From Candidatus Altimarinota bacterium (GTDB lineage Bacteria; Patescibacteriota; Gracilibacteria; BD1-5; UBA2023), in the NCBI GenBank assembly GCA_947373235.1, contig CANBWW010000001.1:1-32276 (forward strand): DNA of 32,276 bases. The letters are read 5' to 3'. Below the pieces are notes generated by a model. The model had not been told where the DNA came from and made no database searches. It worked only from the letters and a program-made list of their open reading frames with translations. The stretch's first letter is position 1. Each line of letters begins with the position of its first letter. The position numbers and the translations under genes are program-made. Positions 24,783 through 32,276 of this stretch are shown in pieces.

Positions 24783-24811
24783 TCTATTTCCTCACTTCAT
24801 TTGAATTATGA
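24783..24811 (+). repeat. Direct repeat copy 2 (29 nt), containing the nrdR start codon
   Basis: tctatttcctcacttcatttgaattatga. Its ATG (24808) is the nrdR start. Confidence 0.7.
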
Positions 24812-25254
24812 AATGCCCAAAATGTAAAAATCTTGATACGAAAGTAATCGATTCTCGAAGCACCGAAGACGGAAAGGCTATCCGAAGAAGGCGAGAGTGT
24901 GAAAAATGTGGCGCACGTTTTACGAGTTTTGAACGTCTCGAATTCGTATCATTTCTCGTCGTGAAATCTTCATGAGAAAGTGAGCCTTATGACCGAACGA
25001 AGGTACAAAGTTCTATGCTCAAAGCACTTACGAAACGTGCTTTTATTCCAGAAAAACTCGAAGATGCGATCAATGGACTCGAAAATGAATGGGCACAAAA
25101 TAAGCAGGGAATTACATCGAAACGTATCGGAAGAGATATACTGAGAAAACTGCGTGATCTTGATGAAGTAGCATTTCTCCGATATGCATCTATCTACCAT
25201 AATCATGACAGTGTAAAGTGATTTGTGAAATTCATCGAAGATGAGCTCGGATAA
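24808..25254 (+). CDS. nrdR: Transcriptional repressor NrdR (zinc ribbon plus ATP-cone, 148 aa)
   Basis: [45 protein letters not shown] (CxxC...CxxC ribbon), then ATP-cone VVKSS-G(TGA 24973-24975)[10 protein letters not shown]...[29 protein letters not shown]. Reads through a second TGA at 25219-25221; stop is TAA at 25252-25254. Confidence 0.93.
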
Positions 25255-26248
25255 TATGCAAAAAACTCAAGAACACACTTTTCCTACTATAGAAATAGTA
25301 CCACTTGGTACTGCTTTTCTTCGAGCTCCACTTCTTTCAGATCAACTGATAACTCATATACAGGAACGTATTTCGAAACAAGAAAAAGTTCTTATTTTTT
25401 ATAATCGTCGTGGCTCTGGACGAGCTTTTATATGCCAAGATTGCGGTTATTTTCCGAGGTGTCCTCATTGTGATATTGCCCTTTCTCACCATACCAGTCC
25501 GAAAAATATTCTTCTGTGTCACCATTGCAACTATATAGAAAATCATAGTCTTCTGTGTCCGAATTGCCAAGGAAGTCGATTTCAGAGTATTGGTATCGGT
25601 ATACAAAAAATCGAACAGGATTTGTCCTGATTTTTCCCAAATGTATTGATGACTCGCATTGATTCTGATATCGAGATGAAGAAAAAAGAACTCCTTCAAA
25701 AAGTACAGAGTTCTGATATTGTTCTTTCTACCTATTCGAATATTGCCTTTATTCATCAAGATATCGCTGAAGTCATTTTTCTGCTCTTTGAGTCAGATCT
25801 GACCCTTCCAGATTATCGTATCGAAGAAGAAAGCTACCATACGATCGACTATATAAAAAAATCAGAAAAATCTATACTGATACAAACCTATACTCCTGAT
25901 CATCCACTTTTGCATATCATTTCCGAGGGAAATTATAAGGATTTTCTCGGTTATATAACTCCTGAAAGAAAGAAATTTTTATATCCACCGTATGCACAGT
26001 TTGCACTTTTGCGTATCCATGATATAAGTAAAGATCGTCTTACGAATATCATCGAAAAAATAGTAAACAAGATCGAAATTCTCAAAAAAGATTCCACTTT
26101 TCTCGCATATGATCGTGATATATGGGAACGATATCGTGGTGAATGGGTTCAGAAAATAATTCTCAAAGATATCGATCTTTCTTATATACTCATAGAACTG
26201 GAAGTTGAGATCGTAAAAAATAGAGCCGTAACACTCGAATATCGATAA
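25241..26248 (+). CDS. priA: PriA-like protein: C-terminal part only (helicase lobe 2 remnant, Cys-rich zinc region, C-terminal domain; 335 aa)
   Basis: KVLIFYNRRGSGRAFICQDCGYFPRCPHCDIALSHHTSPKNILLCHHCNYIENHSLLCPNCQGSRFQSIGIGIQKIEQDLS-G-FFP...RIDSD...ILIQTYTPDHPLL...YPPY aligns with the PriA C-terminal half. All four CxxC pairs are present. An in-frame TAA at 25214-25216 blocks any upstream extension, so Walker A/B (lobe 1), the winged helix and the 3'-DNA-binding domain are absent. Overlaps nrdR by 14 nt. Confidence 0.8.
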
Positions 26249-26251
26249 ATA

Positions 26252-27853
26252 TTAGATCTGTATTTCATTTTTCTTTACTATCGTCCAGGCAAATACTCAG
26301 AGAATAGATAAGCCAAATATAAAGAAGAATGCTGGAAAACCAAGCCCAACCAGCAATCATCCAAATACCAGACCGATCACGTTTGCGAGATTTTGTACGA
26401 CTTTTATTGGTCCAGAAGATGCATTTGCATCGACTTCTTTCAGTTTTAGATGATTTGCATAGACACGATTATAGATTTCAAGAAATTGATTTTGTCCCGT
26501 GGACATGCCACATGCATACCCGAGACTATTAATGAGTGCAATTCCTATTATGATTGCAGGGCTGGGAGTACTTCAGAGTGCCAATACTCCCATGATGATC
26601 AAAGATACTCCTGAAAGAATAAGTCCGATCATTCCTATCGTTTTCATTCCTATTTTTTGACCGAGTTTGCTCGCTTGTTCTTGAAGCACGATTCCAGGAA
26701 CCCCTATGATTGCCAAGAGAATATAACTCCAACCTGGCTTAATATTATCCAGAAAATCGAGAAGAAAACTCGATGCAAACGTATCCCAGAATCAGAATAT
26801 AAGGACTAGGCTAATCGTCCACATGAGTCAAAGATAGATCGGATGACTTGTAAAAATTTCCCAGATAATTTTAAATTCTTTGAGACTGGATTTCATAACT
26901 TCTTTCCAAGGTATTTTTTCTCATACTACTTTCTGTTTTGGTTTCATCATGAGATACTTTGTATTTTCTAGGACTTTTTTGATGTCTGCTTTCTGCACAG
27001 TTTCCACGATGTACTCTTTTACATTTTCTTTATTCCATTTTTGTATAGAGATTCGAAATGTATCGATGTCACTGAGTGTAACTGAGTCGAGAGAATTATC
27101 GAAAAATCGAATCGTGAAGATAAGAAATGCTGTAATCACCACTCAGAGAAATATTACAGCAAAAGCAGGATTAATAGAAAGTACGACTCCAGCTAAGAGC
27201 AGTCAGATAAGTGATCCGATACCGAAAGTGATATTATTTCGAGAGAGTATAGTTCCATATTCACTTGGATCTGCATGAGAAAGGACATATCCATATGTAC
27301 AGACATCATTGATTTCTTTTGTGATTCCATAACAGATCGATGCTACGATGACTCATACCCAACTGAGCGCACTGTTAAAAAACCAATCATTTCCTGCTTT
27401 GAGTGATTCTGGAGTGATCACACCACTCACGAAGTGTAGGATGCTGAAAAACTTAAAAATAAAGCCAAAAAATATTCCTGTTGCTATGAGTTGGGAGATC
27501 GCACCGATGATGAACATTTTTTTGGTGGATATATGTCTCTGCAGGATTCAAAGTGGAATATCAATACAAAAAGAAACAAAGTTTGCAAAACCCAGAAAGA
27601 CTCCTACGAGAGCCACACTTTGGAGAAGAAATGTAAAAAAGAATACGACCGAAAAATGAAAAATCATCCAAGCAAATCCTTGAAATGAATTTGTGAGATA
27701 AAAATTTCTCAATCGATATCCATCGAGTTTGGTTTGTACCGAGATAATAACAGGATTCTCCTCTGATGATATATGATCTGTTTGGTTTTCAGAAGCAATT
27801 TCCAGTGTAGAGATATCGAGATTTTCAGATTTTGATACAGTATTTTCTTCCAT
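26252..27853 (-). CDS. Multi-pass membrane transporter, probably major facilitator superfamily (533 aa)
   Basis: The minus frame joins track ORFs 27548..27925 and 26921..27142 and continues through TGA to the TAA at 26252-26254. About 12 hydrophobic segments split by a long central loop. MFS motif-A-like IPLGILQRHISTKKMFIIG lies after TM2. Start placed at ATG 27853 (MEENTVSK...); the TTG at 27925 is an alternative. Confidence 0.7.
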
Positions 27854-28007
27854 AATAAGTGAAACGCAAAACGAACCGTATATATGCGGTGTTTGCGGGA
27901 CTGAGGTTAAAGCTTCCTTGACCAAGGAATAGGTTTATTCTATCAGCATATTTCTATTTATACAAGAATTTACCTTCTTTTTTCCTTGAATTTTCCGATT
28001 TCTATTT

Positions 28008-28042
28008 CAAAATAAAAATCCGCCTATTTTTCAGCGGATTTT
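28008..28042 (-). terminator. Rho-independent terminator candidate for the 129-aa gene
   Basis: Inverted repeat aaaatccgc / gcggatttt (28015-23 and 28034-42) spanning the TAG stop, followed on the minus strand by a T-rich run (tattttg). Confidence 0.55.
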
Positions 28043-28413
28043 GACTCGGGGATCTGTGCTATACTTCTGATAAGATGAAACTTACTGGCATTGTGATATT
28101 TTTGGACTGCATCGAGTTCCATACGTACTTGTTTCTGATTTCGAAACTCGGCTATTTTTCTTTCCGCTTCCTGAGCATTTTGTGCATCTTTCAGTGTATC
28201 AAGGATATCAACTGCTTCTTCCAGAAGTGCACGATTTGCCTGATCGATTTCTTTTCGTACCATGACCATCTCGATGATATAGTGTTCCCAATTATCGAGA
28301 ATTCTGTACTGTCTTTCCGGTGTGAGAGCTTCAAAAATCACCGCTATATTATGGCGATCTTCGACTGAAAGAGGAGATCTTTCGAGGAGGGTAATGAGAC
28401 GGACATTTCCCAT
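28024..28413 (-). CDS. Hypothetical protein (129 aa), predicted mostly helical/charged
   Basis: Uninterrupted ORF with ATG start and TAG stop, and no upstream in-frame ATG before the preceding gene's stop. No family recognised. Confidence 0.6.
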   Translation of the reverse strand: MGNVRLITLLERSPLSVEDRHNIAVIFEALTPERQYRILDNWEHYIIEMVMVRKEIDQANRALLEEAVDILDTLKDAQNAQEAERKIAEFRNQKQVRMELDAVQKYHNASKFHLIRSIAQIPESKSAEK

Positions 28414-28497
28414 GGCTCAGATACAGTAAAAAAGTAAGCAGAGTCAAAAAAACCAACACTCCTTTATTGTATTGGTTTTTTGGTTTTTACAAATTTA

Positions 28498-28764
28498 TTA
28501 GGCAGATTTTTCCGCGTCTGTAAGATAAATAGGATCGTTGGCTGCTACTTGTCGAAATACTTGATTATTAGCATCAGTTGCCTTTCGATATGCTATGATT
28601 GTGTCTATAGCAACTTTTTGTACTTCTGGTCGGAGAGATTGTAATTGTGTGATAATATTATTCGCTTCCTCCGCATACATTTCTTGAATTGAGACAATAA
28701 CAGCTGGATTCAGTTTGATTCATTCTGATCGCTCAGGATTTGATGTCGGTGATCGTGTAACCAT
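28498..28764 (-). CDS. Hypothetical protein (88 aa with one TGA read as Gly)
   Basis: Track ORF 28498..28680 extends upstream through one TGA to ATG 28764 (MVTRSPTSNPERSE-G-IKLNPAVIVSIQEMYAEE...), bounded by an in-frame TAG further upstream. Double TAA TAA stop. A TATAAT box lies 10 nt upstream of the ATG. Confidence 0.5.
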
Positions 28765-28915
28765 AAAAAGAAATATTATACTGTCAGTCTAGCAGATATC
28801 TGTCAAAAATACAAATTCTGTGCTCTGTTTTTTTAAAGTTGCTGGATTATCTTCTTTTTCTTTCGAAAAGCAAATAAAAAATACTTTTCGATAATTTTTC
28901 GAAGAGTAAAGGGGA

Positions 28916-29620
28916 TTATACTTCATAACGGATGGCTTCGATCATCCTTTCTATTTTCGGATCGAGTGGAGTTTTTGGCATTTTTGCATCCACGATCACA
29001 TACATATCTCCTGTTTTCCCATCACTCGACCGACCTTTTCCAGATATTTTAAATCTCGTACCTGGCTTGGTTCCTGACTTTATCTTGAGCGAGAGCACTT
29101 TTCCATAGATGGTTTTTACCGAGAGGGAAGTATCAGAAAGAAAGTCAAAAAATGGGATTTCCATCGTTTCTGTAACATCGAGATTGGGGATTTCTTTTTT
29201 CTCTTTTGGTTCTTCTGTTCTTTCTGTTTTTCGACTTCTTCTTCCGCCAAAAAGATCTCCAATATCGAATTCAAAGTTTTGATTTCCTCCACTTCACATC
29301 CCTCAAAACTGTGAAAAAATATCTTCAAATCCTCATGAATTTGAAGAAGATTGTCTATATCCACCGCCTTGGAATGGGTTTCCACCTCCAGAAAATGGAT
29401 TTGCTTCTGCAGAACCAAATTGATCGTAGTTCTGCTTTTTTGTTTTATCACCGATCGTTTGATAAGCTTCGTTCACTTCTTTGAATTTTTTTTCTGCGTT
29501 TTTATCGTCTTTATTCCTATCAGGATGAAACTCTAACGCTTTCTTTTTATACGCTTTTTTTATCTCAGCTTCACTCGCAGTTTTGCTTACACCAAGGACG
29601 TCATAGTAGTTTTTGCTCAT
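28916..29620 (-). CDS. Minimal J-domain co-chaperone (DnaJ/CbpA-like; J domain, G/F region, single C-terminal beta-domain; no zinc finger; 234 aa)
   Basis: [39 protein letters not shown] (HPD motif), then a G/F-rich region read through three TGA ([32 protein letters not shown]). The C-terminal domain is ...[40 protein letters not shown]. Track ORFs 29333..29620 and 28916..29164 are in the same frame (705 nt in total). Confidence 0.85.
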
Positions 29621-29661
29621 ATTTTTTTGATAAAGTACTTTGATTATTTTATCAAAAAAAT
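29621..29661. promoter_or_regulatory. Perfect 14-bp inverted repeat abutting the J-protein start codon
   Basis: atttttttgataaa (29621-29634) and tttatcaaaaaaat (29648-29661) are exact reverse complements separated by 13 nt. The left arm directly adjoins the start codon (plus-strand CAT 29618-29620). Confidence 0.5.
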
Positions 29662-29677
29662 CATCAGAGTCAAAATG

Positions 29678-29705
29678 TTGATAATTCCTCCACTTTCGGT
29701 ATTAT
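29678..29705 (+). promoter_or_regulatory. Sigma70-like promoter candidate for uvrC, positioned for a leaderless or near-leaderless mRNA
   Basis: TTGATA (29678-29683), 16-nt spacer, TATTAT (29700-29705), then only 6 nt before ATG 29712. Confidence 0.45.
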
Positions 29706-29711
29706 CAGTTT

Positions 29712-31610
29712 ATGAAACAGACTCCTGAAAACATCCAAAATATCCTTACCAATCTCCCTCTTACACCCGGAGTATATCAGATGAAAGATGCTTCCGGAAA
29801 GGTCATCTACGTCGGAAAAGCAAAGAACCTCAGAAGTCGAGTGAAGTCGTATTTTGATCGAACGGTGGATCTGAGTGCTGCGAAAAAACAAATGGTTGAG
29901 AAAATCAGAGATATCGAAACGATCCTCTGTCAAACCGAAGTCGAAGCACTCGTTCTCGAAACCAATCTTATCAAACACCTCACACCGAAATACAATATCC
30001 TCATGAAGGATGATAAAAATCTCGCGTATATAAAAATCACTCCATGACCTATTGCGATGGTACAAAAAACCAGACAGAGAATTCCTGACGGAGGAGAATA
30101 TTATGGTCCGTATGTGAGTGCTGTCGAACAATGTGTACGATATCTCAGAAAGGTTTTTCGTGTGCGAAATTGTCGGGTACGTTTTGGAAGAGCTGATGGA
30201 AATTTTTTTGTATCCGATAAAGCAGGGAAAACGATTCCATGTATGGATTATTATATAGGACTCTGTCCTGCTCCGTGTCTTCTGACCCCAGATGCTCTTT
30301 CGAAACATGAGCAAAATATTTTGTCGCTCAAAAATTTCCTCGACGGAAATACGACTCAAGTTTTCTCTGATCTCGATAGAAAAATGCGGGAACATGCGAA
30401 AAGCCTCGAGTTTGAAGATGCGGCAAATATAAAAACACTTATCGAATCTCTGAAAGTCCTTTCTGAAAGACAATCGGTACGAGATATTGCGACGGAAAGC
30501 ACAGATATTATCGTTTATTATGCGAAATATGATCGTCAGTTTATTGGTCTCACGATGATCCGACGTGGACAGATTGTCGGTGTATTTCGTCATGAAGCCC
30601 AGGCGAAGATCGATTTCACTGAGAGTGAAGTGATCGAACACTTCATCGCAGAACAATATCGTGATGAGAGTGATATTCCGAGTGTATTATTATTACAAAA
30701 GGAAAATGATGATTCTGTACTCTCTGCATTTCTCGAAGAAAAACGAGTTTCTCTGGAAGTTCCAAAAATAGGAAAGAAAAAAGAGTTGGTGGATTTTACA
30801 TTGAATCAAGTTCGTGAATATGCTTATAAGCTCGAACTTTCGAAGTTGGAAAACCGTATTTTGACTCGTGAACATATGGTGCACGTTCTGGAAAAAATCG
30901 GGTATTCAGTACCAAAAAAATGAGAAATCATCTTTGAGTGTTACGATATCTCTCATACGGATGGAAACTTTACGTATGCTTCTCGAGTGGTGATCGTAAA
31001 TGGAAAAGCAGATCCAAGTCGATATAAAAAATATAAGATCCAATCACTTCCAGAATGAAAAATAGATGACTTTGCATCTCATAGGGAAGTTATGATCAGG
31101 CGTACCCTTGAGGGTATAGAGATGAACAATTTTCCACATCTCATTATCATTGATGGATGAAAATGACAACTTTCTTCCGCACTCTCAGGAATAAAAGAAT
31201 GAATTTGGAAGTATCAAAATGATGTATCAAGATTATCATCCTGAGAGAGTCTGCCTATTTTATCTTCAGATATTCCACTCTGTTCCATTGCAAAAAGAGA
31301 AGAAGAGATATTTCTCCCATGAAAATCGGTTCCAGTCCTTTTCGAACATGGAACTCCTGAGCTTATGGTTCTTCAGAAAGCTCGTGATGAATCACATCGT
31401 TTCTCGATCACGGCCAATAGATCCGCTCGAACAAAAGCAATGAAAAAAAATATCCTCGAAGAACTTCCTGGTATCGGTCCAGTGACTCGCAAAAAACTTC
31501 TCAAACTCGCCGGATCTGTCGATGATATTCGAAATATTTCTCTCGCTGATCTAGAAAAGATATGTTCTGCGAGACAAATAGAAGCTCTCAAAGATCATGG
31601 AATTTATTAG
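29712..31610 (+). CDS. uvrC: Excinuclease ABC subunit C, UvrC (632 aa)
   Basis: GIY-YIG N-terminus (PGVYQMKDASGKVIYVGKAKNLRSRVKSYF), UvrBC-like region, endonuclease domain ECYDISHTDGNFTYASRVV, IIIDG-G-K-G-QLSSAL (TGA at 31158-60 and 31164-66 at the conserved DGGKGQ glycines), LQKARDESHRFSI, and C-terminal (HhH)2 LEELPGIGPVTRKKLL. Track ORFs 29712, 30057 and 31365 share one frame. Stop is TAG at 31608-31610. Confidence 0.95.
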
Positions 31611-32194
31611 GATTTTCTGTGTGCTAATCCTGATAAAAGGATTATCGTGAGAAATATGAGAAGTGCCATTCCTGGAATTGTCAGAAATCAAAATACAAAA
31701 ACTCAGTTATTATCGGTACATGCAGGAAGGAGTCCTCAAACCGTACAAGGAAGCTCGACGATCCTTCAGAGAACCCATCATTGGAAGTGATAATAGTAAT
31801 GATATCCAGCAAAAAATGACCCAAAAAGTGCAAGTATGAGTATGATAATATGATTTTTCCGAATTCCATAAAAAAGTGATATCAAAACGATCACGTCTAT
31901 CGGAAACATGAAAATCCTCTGCCACCAACAGAGTATACAAACTTCGAGCTCATAATAGAACTGATAAGTAAGGACTCATACGGTTGAACCTATTGCCAAA
32001 AAACCAATTATTCGCATACAATTTTCGTATGATAGAAATCTATCAATATGTTTTCTTGTTTTTCCTCCGAAAAGGATACCTATAGTGAGGATAAATGTGA
32101 GTAGAAAAACAGTAATACTTCCGATTCCTAAAATGATAGAGTATGTGTGGAGATTCATATTATGAGTTATAAATATTATGATGTTGTGCATCAT
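31607..32194 (-). CDS. dsbB: DsbB/BdbC-family disulfide bond formation protein (start uncertain: 195 aa from 32194, 136 aa from ATG 32017)
   Basis: Track ORF 31976..32194 continues through TGA: ...YYELEVCILCWWQRIFMFP (the CxxC-x2-QR signature of DsbB, CxxC at 31928-31939), further TM segments, and a second Cys pair PCTVGGLLPAC. Stop is TAA at 31607-31609. An extra hydrophobic N-terminal segment is present only if the start is at 32194 or 32158. Confidence 0.75.
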
Positions 32195-32276
32195 AATTCT
32201 TTCTTTGTAAAAAACAATTTTTTCACGAAATAATATTTTTCTATATAATCCTGATATGTATATTTTGGCCTTCGAA

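Noticed and set aside
24610-24807. Possible tRNA or small structured RNA in the 198-nt A2M-nrdR spacer
   Set aside because: No cloverleaf could be built, there is no GTTCRANYC T-loop with matching acceptor stem, and no recognisable SRP, 6S or tmRNA motifs. It is treated only as a repeat/palindrome-rich leader.
28771-28812. TTGACA ... TATAAT pair upstream of the 88-aa gene as a strong promoter
   Set aside because: The spacer is 20 nt, well outside the 16-18 nt optimum. Only the -10 box is noted, in the feature evidence.

Overview
AT-rich bacterial window that is only interpretable if UGA is read as a sense codon, specifically glycine. That is NCBI translation table 25, the code of Candidatus Gracilibacteria (BD1-5) and Absconditabacteria (SR1) within the CPR/Patescibacteria. 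The supplied standard-code ORF track is therefore badly fragmented. Reading through in-frame TGA gives 15 tightly packed genes, every one ending in TAA or TAG. In order: a 4063-aa signal-peptide-bearing giant surface protein (46-12237); der; a membrane-anchored Tiki/TraB/GumN-like protein; ftsH; a type IV pilin-like gene; a cysteine-free mutY (minus strand); a 1937-aa membrane-anchored alpha-2-macroglobulin with an intact CxEQ thioester motif; nrdR; an N-terminally truncated, motif-degenerate priA-like gene; an MFS-like transporter (minus); two small unknown genes (minus); a minimal J-domain protein (minus); uvrC; and a dsbB-family gene (minus). No rRNA, tRNA, CRISPR array or mobile element was recognised. 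Main points of interest are the recoding itself, the giant protein and its unassignable Gly/Pro/Trp/Cys-rich and Leu-Pro-repeat modules, the thioester protein in a presumably monoderm, host-dependent lineage, the helicase-less PriA, the cluster-less MutY, a duplicated leader upstream of nrdR, and very compact gene ends with no Shine-Dalgarno signals. All protein-family calls come from motif recognition by eye; no searches were run.
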